In this document: piece by piece, positions 39,343-52,689 of the stretch
Layout of the letters: each line of letters starts with the position of its first letter
Position numbering within the stretch: the stretch's first letter is position 1
NCBI RefSeq assembly: GCF_004010195.1
Contig: NC_057749.1
Location: 9,027,787-9,091,786 of the forward strand
Reading direction: 5' to 3'
Origin: Chiloscyllium plagiosum
Lineage: Eukaryota
Length of the DNA stretch: 64,000 nucleotides
Notes under the pieces: generated by a model
The model's input: only the letters and a program-made list of their open reading frames with translations
Told to the model about the DNA's origin: nothing
Database searches by the model: none
Position numbers and translations under genes: made by a program

Positions 39343-39685
39343 ATAGAATCCCTACAGTGTGGAACCAGGCCCTTCAGCCCAACAAGGCCATACCGACCCT
39401 CAGAAGAGTTACCCAACCAGACCCATTCCCTTACCTCTGTATTTACCCCTGACCAATGCACCTAGCGTACACATCCCTGAACACTATGGGTAATTTAGCA
39501 TAGCCAATTCACCTGACCTGCACATCTTTCGATTGTGGGAGAAAAGCAGAGCACCCAGAGGAAACCCATGTAGATGTGAGGAGAATGTGCAAACTCCACA
39601 CAGACAGTCACCCGAGGCTGGAATCGAACTTGGGTCCCTGGTGGTGTGAGGCAGCAGTGCTAACCACTGAGCCACCATGCTGCCC
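39343..39685 (-). mobile_element. HE1-type SINE
   Basis: Same family, reverse strand. Confidence 0.85.
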
Positions 39686-40124
39686 AATCGTTATGATCAT
39701 CATGAAACAAGGGATAGATTCAAATGCTGTTGATAGAGAATAGGAGCCTATTTCTTGTCGTCAGGAGAATGAGTGGGTTATGACTGAACACCGGATGGAA
39801 TCTTTTTGATGGACAAGTCAGAAGACCCGCAGTGGAATGATTGGAGAGGTAGTGAACATCATAAATTAAACGTGGATGGTTAATCCAGAACATTAGGTAA
39901 AAGAGATCCAAACTGTAACTTCTGGGCTGATATCAAGAGGTTATCATGATGCAGAGAGCAGACACTGGACTTGAGTGTAGGTGAAAACCCTGGATGCATT
40001 TAACTACTAGAAAACAATTTGATTTCATGGATCAAGCAGAAGCAAGCCTTTGGACACCACGTGTTTATGTTTTTGTATCTAAATTAACCTTCATAGCCCT
40101 CTCGATTCCCCTCTCCCTCAAATG

Positions 40125-40935
40125 TTTTGATTTAATTAAATTTATTATTACCACATGTACCGAGGCACAGTGAAAAGATTTGTCTTGCGTGCAGTACAGG
40201 CAGATCATACCATAAAAGATCAGAGGGTGACGCATCAGAGCGAGGAATACAAAGTTATGGCTGCACCAAAAGCAAGATCAACATTAAATTTGAAATTTGA
40301 GAGTTCCATTCCGCAGTCTAATAACAGCAGGAAAGAAGCTGTTCCTGAACCTGTTGGTATGTGTGTTTAAGCTTTTGTATCTTCTGCCTGAAGAAGAGGT
40401 TGGAAGAGATTATAACCGGGGTGGGAGGGATCTATGATGACATTGGACGCCTTTCTGAGGTAGTGAGAAGTGTAGATGGATTCAATGGATGGAAACTTGG
40501 CTTCCGTGATGGATTGAGTTGTGTTCACAGCTCTATGTAATTTCTTACAATCCTGGGCAGAGCAGTTGCCATCCCAAGCCATGATGCATCCAGATAGAAT
40601 GCTTTTTATGGTGCATCCATAAAAGGGCTCTTATGGCCATAAGAGTTGGAGAGGGTACTTATACATGCTGAATTCCCTAAGCCTCCTGGTGGGTGTAGAG
40701 GTGTTGTGCCTTCTTGACCATCAAGTCAGCGTGGGTGGTCCAGGACAGATTGTAGGTGATCGTCACTCTGAGGAACTTGACTTTCTTGAGCATCTTCACC
40801 TCAGCTCCATTGATGTGGATGGGGGGGCGCGTTTCCTCCTCCTTTCTTTCTGAAGTTGATGACCAGCTCTTTAGTTTTGCTGACATTGAGGGAGAGATCA
40901 TTATCTTTACACCACAACACAAAGCACTCGATCTC
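40125..40935 (-). mobile_element. Rex1/Babar-like LINE 3' fragment
   Basis: INGAEV..KFLRVTITYNLSWTTH..VKKAQ; WDGNCSAQDCKKLHRAVNTTQSIT..IIDPSHPG. Confidence 0.75.
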
Positions 40936-42535
40936 ATCTGTATGGCTTCACCTTAAATGTATCCATAGTCTTCACTGCAATTGGCAAATGAAGAAAGGCA
41001 AATGCAACAGTACCACTCATTTCCAGAAGGCTAGAATACAAGAACAGAAATATACAGCAGCTGAATAAGGCCGCTCCTCAGACCGCATTTGGAAAATTGA
41101 GAGCAGGTTTGGGCCCCGTATCTAAGGAAAGGGTGTGCTGACCTTGGAGGGGAGGCTTACAAGAAAGGATGATGGTCTTGTCATGTGAGGAGCAGTTGAG
41201 GACTCTGGGTCTGTACTCGACGGAGGTTAGAAATTGAGTGGGAGGATGGGAATCTCACTGAATACTGAAAGGTCTGGAAACAGTGGACATGGAGAAGATG
41301 TTTCAACTAGTAGACAAGATTAAGACCTGAGGGCACAGCCTCAGAGAGAAGGGATGACCCGTCAGAACTGAGATGAGGAGGAATTTCTTCAGCCAGACGG
41401 TGGTTAATCTGTGAAACTAATTGCCACAGAAGGCTGTGGAGACCAAGTCACTGAGTGTATTTAAGATAGAGATAGGTTGGTTCTTGGTTAGTAAGGGGAT
41501 CAAAGATTACAGGAAGAAGGCAGGAGAATGGAGTTGAGAAACATATCAGCCATGGAGCAAACAGCGTAATTCAGCTCCTATATTGTACGGCCTTATGCTT
41601 TAAAGGCTGAGACAGGACCCGCTGGAAGGGTATAGAGTTATGAGGAGCATGGACAGAGTGGATAATAAGCAATTGTTCCCCTTAGTTGAAGGTTTGATAA
41701 CAAGGAAGCAATATTTTACAGCGAAGGGCAGGAGGTTCAGGGGGGATTTGAGGAAAGGTTTTTTCACCCAAAGAACGCTAGGAATCTGGAATGAGAGGGG
41801 AGTCAAGGCAGGAAACCTCACAACCTTTAAAAAGTACACGGATGATCACTCAAAATGTCATAAAATTTGAGGTCATGGGCCAAGTGCTGGGATTAAAGTA
41901 GATAGGTCGGGGCAAGACATGATGGGCCGAAGAGCCTCTGCTGTGCTGTGCTGTGCTGTATGACTTTACGATTTCGCAAACACTAAAGGTGTGAAGAGAG
42001 AGAGAGAGAGAGCAGGTGTATGGCATTGAGATAGAGGATCAGTCATGATCTTGTTGATGGCAGTGCAGGCTCAATGGGCCGAATGGCCTGCTCCTGTTTT
42101 TCTACACCTCAGCAAGAGCTGGCGGTACCAGCTGGCCTTACAGATGCTACGTTGAGTAGCGCTGGAATTTGATCCAAATCCGTCCTGGGTAAACCTGAAT
42201 TTGACAATAACTGGTTCAGGAGCGTTCACACAGTATTGTAAACCCATTAAAAGAATATTGAAGTTCCTGAGACAATGGGCGACTGTCTTCAGCCAACATC
42301 AGAATGTAATTTAGCCTCTCTGTCCTACTTGTTGCAAGCAAAGTGAGGCAAGTCATTGAGCTCGCACAGACTGTGCTAAACTCTCCGTTTGGTCATTTAT
42401 CCTGCCGGCGGGACTAATGTACTCATTCACTTTTCAGTCACGTCATTCTGAAAGTGAGCTTTTCTTTTCAATTTACCGTCACGTTAGAATGCTCTTTGCT
42501 TAAATTCACTAAGGAATCATTATAAACATGTTTAC

Positions 42536-42652
42536 CTGCACAAGGTGTGATCGGGGCACCCAGTAATCAACAGAGGCATTCCCTTTCCTGCTCTCTGGGA
42601 GCTTACTGTAAGCTTTTGTCAAATCTTCTTGCTCTTTTACCAGAGTGGCCAA
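42536..42652 (-). CDS. Coiled-coil protein gene, exon
   Basis: gcctttcaacag|TTG GCC...GTG CAG|gtaaac; LATLVKEQEDLTKAYSKLPESRKGNASVDYWVPRSHLVQ; 117 nt, phase 0 to 0. Confidence 0.85.
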
Positions 42653-43684
42653 CTGTTGAAAGGCACAGAAATTATTACAGACTCCTGGTAATGTCCTCTT
42701 GAAAACAGATACAAAAGAATCAGTGTGCTCTCCCTCTACACAGAATGAAATAAAGACTTAATTACATCCTTGACTGATCGTTGTGCCCCTACATTTGAAT
42801 TGAATCTAGTTTGTCATGTTTATAACACTCCGAAGGTGGCCATTCATCCTGTTATGTCTGTTCTGGCTTGTTTCTGAAGCAAACAACAAAAATGTAAGAC
42901 ATAGGAACAGCAGCAAGCCATTCGGCCCCTCGAAGCTGTTCTGCCACTCAGTGGCATTATGGTTGATCTGAAGGTAATCTTCCTGCCTGTCCCCTTGATT
43001 CCCTCGTAGATCAAAAATCATTCTGACTCAACCTTGAATCTATTCAATGACCCAGCCTGCATTGCTTGAGGAAGAGATCTACACTGTGTGTAATATCCTG
43101 TGAGGAAGGAAATCTGGCATGCTTATCCTGTCTGGCCTACCATGTGGTTATAATCAACTAGGATGTGGTTGACTGTTAACTGTCTCCTGGACAAGTAGGG
43201 ACGGGCAGTAAATGCTGACTTAAGTCAGCTTCACCCACATCCTATGAATGAATATCTTCCTAAATAATGAACAATAAAGACCACATTGGAAGAGCAACTT
43301 GGTCCTTTTACAATGTAAGAATGCAACTCCAGGCTTGCACAGCTCCTACCTTGGTCTTATCTTTGGAATAGCTCCCTCCATTACCATGCCTCTCGATTAC
43401 AGAATTACTTCTGCTATTTACCTTTCACCCTTTCCTTCAAAACCTCAATCTCCTGTTTCTTTGGCCTTCACCTGCTCTTTAAATTTTCACTCCCCCACAC
43501 CCCAAATCTCCACTTCTTCCCTTTCAGAAGGAGGATGCGGAGGATTCTGACACAGGGGAGATCCACAGATGGAATGCAAGTTACCGACGGAATGTTAACA
43601 CAGCTCAGTCAAAGTTCACATATTTCACCCGATGGTAGGTCGAGAAGGATCAATCAGCCTGGCAATATTCCCAGAATGCCCTAC

Positions 43685-43783
43685 CTGTTCAGTCATTTCT
43701 TGGCTGCGTCTGCTGAAGCTATGGTTCTCCCTCTGAAGAGTTTGAGACAACTGGTGTTCAAGCTTCAACGTCTCCTGCAGTCC
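43685..43783 (-). CDS. Coiled-coil protein gene, exon
   Basis: ctgttttgaag|GGA CTG...GAA CAG|gtaggg; GLQETLKLEHQLSQTLQRENHSFSRRSQEMTEQ; 99 nt, phase 0 to 0. Confidence 0.85.
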
Positions 43784-43827
43784 CTTCAAAACAGATGACT
43801 ACAGTATATCATCATGTATCAATTAGT

Positions 43828-44222
43828 CAGAGGCTGAGGGGGTGACCTTATAGTGGTTTATAAAATCATGAGGGGCATGGATAGGATCAATAGACAAAAA
43901 TATTTTCCCTGGGGTGGGGGAGTCCAGAACTAGAGGGCATAGATTTATGGTGAGAGGGGAAAGATATAAAAGAGACTTAAGGGGCAACTTTTTCACACAG
44001 AGGGTGGTACGTGTATGGAATGAGCTGCCAGAGGATGTAATGGAGGCTGGTACAATTGCAACATATAAGAGGCATTTGGATGGGTATATGAATAGGAAGG
44101 GTTTGGAGGGATATGGGCCAGGTGCTGGCAGATGGGACTAGATTAGATTGGGATATCTGGTCAGCATGGACGGGTTGGACCAAAAGATCTGTTTCTGTGC
44201 TGTACATGTCTATGACTCTATG
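43828..44222 (+). mobile_element. CR1 LINE 3' fragment
   Basis: ORF 43914-44141 is the typical CR1 C-terminus; tail ctatgactctatga. Confidence 0.9.
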
Positions 44223-44409
44223 ATAATTGCTCACTCACAGAATATCCTAAACTATCCAAATTCAAAAGGTGAAAGTCACTTTTTATTTCATTGTCTTTTC
44301 AGTGCACTGTACCTTTGCAATGTTTCATGGTGTACTTTCAAGGGAACGGCTTGTGGTCAGACTGTGCTGGAAAGTCCACCTTGGTTCATAGCCTGTCTAC
44401 AGGAATATA

Positions 44410-44637
44410 CAGGTATCCCTCACTATCCAAAAGTAGAGCGTTCCTATGAAACCTTTTTTAAGCTGAAATGGTGTAAATCAAAGAAGTATTAATTTATATG
44501 GGAGAAAATTTGCGTTTTCTCATAAAAGCGAAAATCCTCATTGGATTTCTTTCGGTTAGCAAAAACAGGTACTAATATCGGTCTTTCGTAAAAGCAAAGT
44601 GGCATAAAGCGAACTTGCGAAAATAAGGGGGTACCTG
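44410..44637. mobile_element. Tigger/pogo-like MITE
   Basis: TA|CAGGTATCCCTC...AGGGGGTACCTG|TA: imperfect TIRs and TA target duplication. Confidence 0.8.
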
Positions 44638-45315
44638 TACATTGCTTCCCCGTGCGGGAGAGACTAGATCTAGGGAACACTGAATATAAAGGGATCACCC
44701 ATTTACGATGTCAATGAGAACTGTTTTCTCTCAAACAGTTGCCGGTCTGTGGAGTTCACTCCAGGATGAAGGACTTCCAAAAGCACAACTTTTGCCATCT
44801 AGACAGACGGGGGAGGGGAGGGGGGGTGGGCAACAGGTACATTTGCAAGCTCCCCTCCAAGACATTCACCATATTGAGTTGGAAATAAGGAGTCGATCCT
44901 TCACTGTCACGGAGTCAAACTCCCTCCCCCCCTGCATGGTGGGTGTACCTACACCAAATGGAATGCAGCGGTTCAGGGACTTCTCCAGGGGCAATTAGAG
45001 ATGCACAATAAATAGTGACATTCTTTACTGCTGAGGGCTGTTGATGTTGGGTTATTCAGTATATTCAAGGCTAAGACAGACAGCTTTTTAATCTATAAGG
45101 GAATCAAGGGTTATGCATAAAGATGGGAATGTGGAGTGGAGGATAATCAGGTCAGCCAAGATCTCATTGAATTCAAGAACAGACTTGATGGGCTGAATGG
45201 CTTACTTCTATGTCTAATGGTCCATAAATGCTGGTCCAGCCCGTGACACCTATACCCCGCAAAAGGATAAAAAGAAACGAACAAGTTCAACTTCTCGACT
45301 CGCTCAAAGGGATAG

Positions 45316-45578
45316 GGCACCATGGTGGCTCAGTGGTGAGCACTGCTGCCTCTCAGGTGAGTGTGCAAAATCCACACAGACATTCTCCCTGTGTCTGCAT
45401 GGGTGTCATCTGGGTGCTCTGGCATCTTCCCACTGTCTAAAGATGTGCAGGTTAGGTGGATTGGCCCTGGGAAATGCAGGGTTACAGGGATAGGGTAGGT
45501 GGGAAGACTCTGGGTGGGATGCTCTTCGGAGGAGCAGTGTAGACTCGATGGGTCTCTTTCCACACTGTATGGATTCCA
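45316..45578 (+). mobile_element. HE1-type SINE (rearranged)
   Basis: Same head; a short internal segment (gtgcaaaatccacacagaca) appears in inverted orientation. Confidence 0.8.
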
Positions 45579-46199
45579 TGATAGTGCCTAAAGTAAACTG
45601 GTCACAATGGCAGTGAACTGCAGGATTAAAAATACGCAGCCAAAGCCAAGTGTCTCGCCTCTGGGACGCATCACTGAAATCAAACAACAGATTAACCTTT
45701 CCAGGTACTCAATGTACTTTTGAAATTTGCACAATCACTAACGACTAAACAAAAAGATTTGCCTTCACTGTGTAACTCAGTGACTTGGATCTGATCACTG
45801 AGGAGAAGTGATTAAAGTGGAGGAGTTCTCCACTGCTCGGTGCTTTTCCCTTGAAGTTAACAAATAAAAAGTTTGCCCAAAGCTTTAAGAACTTGAAAAC
45901 CTGCTCCATGGATCATTTAATCTGAAACATGGCAATGAATATAGATAGTTCGATGTTCACTTTCTGGTAAATAATTGGAATTCAATTTGATTCTTTGAGT
46001 CATTGGGTGAGTACTTTGGTGAGTCATTTGAATCAGCCCATACATCTCTCTAACAGACTGTCAATCTGTGAAGACACAATGCAATGACTAATTGCAGCAA
46101 TTTATTCGTCAGATATTTAAAAAACATTACACACAACTATAAAGCTGCTCTGATGACCCAAGTTGGTGAAAGGATTATTTCCTGCTGAACTAAATCTGC

Positions 46200-46707
46200 T
46201 ACAGGAGAGATGTTGTGAAACTTGAAAGGGTTCAGAAAAGATTTACAAGGATGTTGCCAGGGTTGGAGCTAGAGGCAGAGGCTGAACAGGCTGGGGCTGT
46301 TTTCCCTGGAGTGTCAGAGACTGAGGGGGTGACCTTATTGAGGTTTATAAAATCATGAGGGGCGTGGAGAGGGTGATTGGTCAAGACCTTTTCCCCAGGA
46401 CAGGTGAGTCCAAAGCTAGAGGGCATAGGTTTAGGGTGAGAGGGGAAAGATATAAAAGGGATCTAAGGAGCAACTTTTTCACACAGAGGGTGGTGCATGT
46501 ATGGAATGAGCTGCCAGAGGAAGTGATGGAGGGTGGTACAATTACAGCATTTAAAAAGCATCTGAATGGGTATATGAATAGGAAGGGTTTACAGGGATAT
46601 GGGCCAAGTGCTGGCAAATGGGACTGGATTAATTTAGGATATCTGGTTGATATGGACGAGTTGGACCAAAGAGTCTGTTTCTGTGATGAACACCTCAATG
46701 ACTCTAT
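46200..46707 (+). mobile_element. CR1 LINE 3' fragment
   Basis: ORF 46355-46753 matches the CR1 C-terminus. Confidence 0.9.
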
Positions 46708-46894
46708 ATTTACAGAAAGATTCCAGATTCAACCTCGGTTGAAATTTGGGTGAGCTTGCTCCACCTGAGAGGCTCAAACTAACATAACAGTCAATGTGAG
46801 TGAAAATTAAAATTGATGCAGGACTCCCTGTTGCAATGTGCAGGTAGAGGGTGTCCTCAGCTACCTGCTAAAACGGATCCTTAATAGAGTACAA

Positions 46895-47276
46895 TCACTC
46901 AGTGGGTAGCAGACTCACAAGGTTCCGGGTCTAATCCTGCAGTCCAGGGTTCGAGCACAAAAATCTCGGCTGACAGTAAAGCAACAACACTGGGGGGGTG
47001 CTGCACTGTCAGAGGCACTGTCTTTTAGATTCTCATCTTCCCACTTGAGTGGATATAAAGCATCCCTCAGCACTATTTTGACAAAGAGTTATGCCTATTA
47101 TTCTGGGCAATACTCATCCATCAATGAACATGTCCAAAAAACAAACAGATTACCTAATCACTATCACGTTGTTGTTTCTGGGAGCTGACTGCGAGTAAAT
47201 TGGTAGCTGCAATTCCTACATTATCACAGTGACTGCACTTCAAATGTGCCTTCCTGGTTATAAAGCATTTTGGGAT
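46895..47276 (+). mobile_element. Deu-domain SINE (SacSINE1/AmnSINE1-like); partial copies near 6870-7070, 8400-8690 and 59366-59620
   Basis: gtgctgcactgtcagagg..gtggatataaagcatccc..cacgttgttgtttctgggagc..cagtgactgcacttcaaa resembles the DeuSINE core as I recall it. Confidence 0.65.
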
Positions 47277-48589
47277 GCAAATAATTGCCCATTTAGCAGG
47301 ATACTTCAAAAAAAAAGGAGGAAGCTATAGATCAGGAATTGGGAGGGGATTGGAAAGCCAGGCTGAACAGATGAGTTTTCAGTGTCTTTTTGAAGATGGG
47401 GAACAACATGAAAAGAGAGAGGAGTCTTGGAAGACAGAGCAAGGCAGTGATGGCTAAAGGTTTCAGAACAGACAACTGGGCAGAGGGAGAGTTGGTGGTA
47501 AACATGATCAACCTTAGCATGCTACAGTCACATAGCCTGCACTCGATCACAGTGTAGGTGCAGCCTTAGACTCTCATTTAGGGAAATAACTGCAGAAAAG
47601 CTAACGCCCATGGAGATCCATCAGGAGAGGCGGAAGGGACATTGCAAGTTGATGCGGATGAGGGAAATCATTTACAGCGGCTTTGACATACATTGAAATT
47701 CACTGCAGGTCACAGAACAGCAACATAAAATGTCTGAATAGTAAAAGTTCCTCCTGCCATTGCACAATAACTATACTAATTAACTGCAGTTAAAATTGTG
47801 CCATTTAATTTCCAGTTAGATTAGTGAATCAGTCAGGTCAAAAGAGGATTGAAATGTCAACATTCTCATTTACGATCACAAGACTCGGCTGCATTATTAT
47901 AGCTGTCAGTGTGAATCCATTATCAAACCACCCCCATGAGTCCAGAAGTTAAGCTAATGTGCAAAACATCTTCCACTGATGGTCTATACAATATAAGAGC
48001 ATACACATAGACAGTAGAAGCAGGAGCAGACCCTTTGAACCTGCTCCACCATTCTCTATAATCAGGGCTGATCGTTCGCACTTTCTCCCCATACCCTTTG
48101 ATCCCTTTAGCTCTTAGAACTATATCTAACTCCTTCTTGAAAGCTTTCGAAGTTTTGTTCTCAACTGCTTTCTGTGGCAGAGAATTCCACAGGGTCACCA
48201 CTCGCTGCGTGAAGAAATTTCTCCTCACTCAGTCCTAAATGGCCAACCCTGTATCCTCAGTCTGTGACTTCTGGCTCTCCTCTCCCCAGTAATCAGAAAC
48301 ATCCGTCCTGTGTTTACATTGTCCCGTTGTATTAGAACTTTCTAGGTTTCTAGGATATTCTCCTCTTTAGTCTAAATGTCAGTGAATATTATCCGAACTG
48401 ATTTCTTTCATACGTCAGTTCTGCTCTCCCAGGAGAAATGAAACTTGCTCTCTAATTACCAATATAATGCTATTGTTGTTGTTTCCTGAAGCATCCCAAT
48501 CTGAAATGACTATAATTGTTGTGATGAGCATTTTGCAGCATTATTGAAAGCCGCATTGGAATGATTAACCCATTCTATACGGAAGGCAA

Positions 48590-49012
48590 AAGTGAGGACT
48601 GCAGATGCTAGAAATCAGAGTCTAGATTAGAGTAGTGCTGGAAAAGCACAGTAGGTCAGGCAGCATCCGAGGAGCAAGAGAATCAATGTTTTGGGCAAAA
48701 GCCCTTCATTAGGAGCCGCTAAAGCCTTTGCTAAGGGGCACTGGAACAGTCTGGGCCCACACACACGGTACTGAGAACACGCTGAGAGACACAACCTCCA
48801 GTCTGAGCAGTCCCTCCAGGGCTAAAATAAAACAAAGAACTGCAGATGTTGAAGATCTAAAACAAAAATAGAAATTGCTGGGGAATCTCAGCAGGTCTGG
48901 CAACATCTGTGGAGAGACAGAAACACACTTAACATTTCTTGCCCAGTGAACCTTCAGTTCTGAAGATGGGTCACTGGATTCCAAATGTTTCTCTCTCCAC
49001 AGATGCTGCCAG
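48590..49012. mobile_element. Two adjacent hammerhead-type elements (single arm about 48590-48714; foldback about 48822-49012)
   Basis: Minus CTAATGA-A-GGGC-TTTT-GCCC-AAAAC; plus CTGAAGA-T-GGGTC-ACTG-GATTC; arms match the other copies. Confidence 0.7.
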
Positions 49013-49019
49013 AAATAGA

Positions 49020-49995
49020 TGCTGTCAGCACTGAAATAAACCCTTCAGTCCAACTCATCCATGCCAACCAGACATCCCAATCTCACCTAGTTCCATCTGC
49101 CAGCATTTGGCCCATATTCCTCCAAACCCTTCCTATTCATATACCCATCCAGATGCCTTTTAAATGTTGCAATTGTACCAGCCTCCACCACCTCCACTGG
49201 CAGCTCATTCCAAGCACGCACCACCCTCTGTGTAAAAAAGTTACTCCTCCATTTCTTCTTAAATTTGTCCCCACTCATCTTAAACCTATGCCCTTTAGTT
49301 TTGGGCTCCTCCAACCTTAGGATAAAGAGCTTGTCTAATTATCCTATCTATGCCCCTCATGATTTTATAAACCTCTATAAGGTCACTCCTCAGCCTCCAA
49401 TTATCCAATGAAAACAACCCCAGCCTATTCAGCCTCTCCCAATAACTCAAACACTCTGGTTGCAGCAACATCCTTGTAAACCTTTTCTGAACCCTTTTCT
49501 GAACAGGAAAGATATGGACACTTTGGTAGAGGGAGCAGAAGAGGTTTACCAGGATGCTGCCTGGATTGGAGGGTATGAGCTATAAGGAGAGGCTAGAAAA
49601 ACCTGGGTTGTTTTAGCTGGAGAGGTGGAGACTGAGGGGAGAGTTGATAGGAATCTATAAAATTATGAGATGCGTAAATGGGGTTGACAGTTGGAATCTT
49701 TTTCGAGTTGAAATGTCTAATATTAGGAGGTTTTCCTTTGATACGAGAGGGGGAAAGTTCAAAGGCGATGTGAGAGGGAAGTGCTTTTACACAGAGAGTG
49801 GTTGGAGTCAGAAAGGCACTACACCAGGAGTGGTTGTGGAGGCAAGTATCATAGGGGTGTTCACGGGGCTTTTAGATAAGCAAGGAATGGAGAGATAGGG
49901 GCCAAGAGCAGGCAGAAGGAATTCATTTAATTTGCCATCATGTTCAGCACAACAATGGCTGAAGGGCCTGTTTCTGTGCTGTACTGTTTCAAGTT
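49020..49995. mobile_element. Two oppositely oriented CR1 3' fragments (- about 49020-49495; + about 49505-49995)
   Basis: ORF 49087-49314 (-) and ORF 49644-49898 (+) both match the CR1 C-terminus. Confidence 0.8.
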
Positions 49996-50755
49996 CTAAG
50001 CACCTAACGGGTTAAAAGTGGGATATAAGTAGCAAAGACTATCTGAGCAACAGTGGGAAGGACAGAGGCAGATTAAGAGCAATAGCAATGGCTAACCAGC
50101 AGGGTTATCATGCAAAAGGTCATATATCTGATCTGATTATTCAGCTTTAAGCATCTAGCTGACTGGACCTCCTCCAGCGGTTAGGAAACTTCATAAATTT
50201 ATTGGAGCTTCGCATGAATTTCAAAGAACAGCAGGTGGAGAAAAGTCGTCATCCATTCACTTGGGAGTACGAGACCAGGATTTCCACTGGGTGTTTAAAT
50301 TGTGAGGTACAGGCGTAGGAATTCAAAGTTAATCAGAAAATCTCATACACAGGACAAAATCTCCTCGGTCTAATGCTGAGTCACAAGCCAGGGTGATAAC
50401 AAGATTAAAGGCACAAGTTCCTCTTTAGTCAGTGCCTCAAACATTTTCATTACTTTGATCTCCTCCTTTTGTAACAAGTGGGAAGATATAAGCAAATGCA
50501 CATTAAAGCCACTTTTAACTCAATCAAGAGAATATTCATCGCAAAACAGTGCAGGGACACAAAACAGTTTCTTTCAGATTTCAGTCGCTACCAATTTTAC
50601 AATACCTTTGACTTTGGTACAGAGGATCTTAAAATGACAATAGCTAAGAAAGAACCAAAGCCAAGGGACTGGACTACAGTTTGCATTTTATATGGAACCT
50701 TTACAGGAATGCAATTAGAAAAGAAGACCAGACGACACAGTCAAAAGCTTGATCA

Positions 50756-51139
50756 AGTGTGTGTGTGTGTGTCTGTGTGTGTGTGTGTGTGTGTGTGTCT
50801 GTGTGTGTGTGTGTGTGTGTGTGTCTGTGTGTGTGTGTGTGTGTGTGTGTCTGTGTGTGTGTGTGTGTGTGTGTGTCTGTGTGTGTGTGTGTGTGTGTGT
50901 GTCTGTGTGTGTGTGTGTGTGTGTGTGTCTGTGTGTGTGTGTGTGTGTGTGTGTCTGTGTGTGTGTGTGTGTGTGTGTGTCTGTGTGTGTGTGTGTGTGT
51001 GTGTGTCTGCTGTGTCTGTGTGTGTGTCTGTGTCTGTGTGTGCCTGTGTCTGTGTGTCTGTGTGTGTCTGTGTGTGCGCGCCTGTGTGTGTGTCTCTGTC
51101 TGTGTGTGTGTGTGTCTGTGTCTGTGTCTGTGTCTGTGT
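50756..51139. repeat. (TG)n microsatellite with 26-bp higher-order period
   Basis: C interruptions at 50773, 50799, ... 51007, exactly every 26 bp, followed by a degenerate TGTC/TG tail. Confidence 0.97.
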
Positions 51140-51459
51140 TGGGGGGGAATGGTTTAAAGAGGTAGCGTTCTGTGGTGTTAATGATGTCAGGCCCAGTTTG
51201 TTCCTATTCTTTCAACGTCTCGTGTTTGTGAGAAGAAGGACAATCTTTGCCAAATGGAAGAGACAGGGACCTAAAACTTGGAGCCCAAAACACAGATCAA
51301 TGGGTGCCACCATTGAACTCCCGCGTTCTGATGTATTTACAGCCTCCTTGGCTGATGGTATTGGCACAAGAATGGGTAGTTTCTTTCATTCACTTACAGA
51401 ATGCTGGCTCAGTCAGCATTTATTGCCTATCCCTAGTTACCCTTGTCCTTGAGAAGGTA

Positions 51460-51808
51460 ATAGAATCATCAAATCCCTACAGTATGGAATCAGGCCAGTT
51501 CGCCCATCAAGTCCTCGGAAGAACATCCCCCCCAGTCTGAACCACCCACTCTCTCCTTGTAACCCTGCATTTCCCATGGCTGGTCCACCTACCCTTCATA
51601 TCCCTGGACACTATGGGCAATTTCACATGGCCAATCCACTTAACTTTCACATCCTTGGACTGTGGGGGAAGACCAGAGCACCTGGAGGAAACCCACGTAG
51701 ACACAGGGAGAACGTGCAAACTCCACACAAACAATCGCCCGAGGCTGGAATCGAACACGGGTCTGTGCTGTGAGGCAGCAGTGCTAACCACTGAGCCACC
51801 GTGCCGCC
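51460..51808 (-). mobile_element. HE1-type SINE
   Basis: Same family, reverse strand. Confidence 0.85.
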
Positions 51809-52116
51809 CCTGTGGTGGTGAGCTGCCTTTTGGAACTGCCGCAGTCCCTGCGCTGTCGGAAAGCCACAATGCCATGAGGGATGGAGTTCCAGGATTAGCC
51901 AAGTCAAGATGGTGAGAGACGTGGGAGTAGACATCGGAGGGAAGAGATCTGAGCCTTCCAGATGGGAGTGAGTCTACCCACCAGTATCTGTCAAGCAACA
52001 GTCTCGTAGCTGGAACCACTGGTTTCTCTTGATGGCTGCTGGCCCTTACATAGAAGCAGGGCCAGCTTAACCTGTTCGAGGTCTCCATTGAGGAGCTACA
52101 ATGGAGTTCAACATAC

Positions 52117-52199
52117 CTGGGTGAGGGCCTGCACCTCATTCAGTGAATTCAGGGCCGTGTCCCGCTGTTCCTGGAGCTCGCTGCTTCTGGCATTGTAAT
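52117..52199 (-). CDS. Coiled-coil protein gene, exon
   Basis: ctgctctttag|AT TAC...ACC CAG|gtatgt; (D)YNARSSELQEQRDTALNSLNEVQALTQ; 83 nt, phase 1 to 0. Confidence 0.85.
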
Positions 52200-52689
52200 C
52201 TAAAGAGCAGAAACAACAACATCTGCTTTTAAAACGGAAACACGGATTCATGCACGACACATCCCTACTGCTGGCTGCAAGTGATGTGCACCCAGAATTT
52301 AGATTGTAAATCTCTGGGGCTGGTGGAAGTGCAGACCTCCTACTGGATCTACAGACCTCAGCTACAAATTACTCATGCCACAGATTATACCTCGGATAGA
52401 TGACTCATGATTAAACATTCATTTGCCTGGCATTGACAGTCCTAGGCTCTATGCAGCAATGACTTACATCTATGTAACAGCTATAGGAACTGAGCAACCC
52501 AAGTCATTTCATAAGAGCATTATTGGAACAGATCTTAAAAACACAGATAAGATGGAATGGACTGGGTCAAATAGCATCCTCCTAATAAACATTAGTTTTA
52601 TGTCTCTGTTAAACATACAGATATCATACTGTTAGAGTGACAGTAATGCAAACCCTGCCAAATTAAACATACCTGCACAAAAATTAACT

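Noticed and set aside
50478..51452. 324-aa Cys/Val-rich ORF and overlapping ORFs
   Set aside because: Translation of the (TG)n microsatellite.
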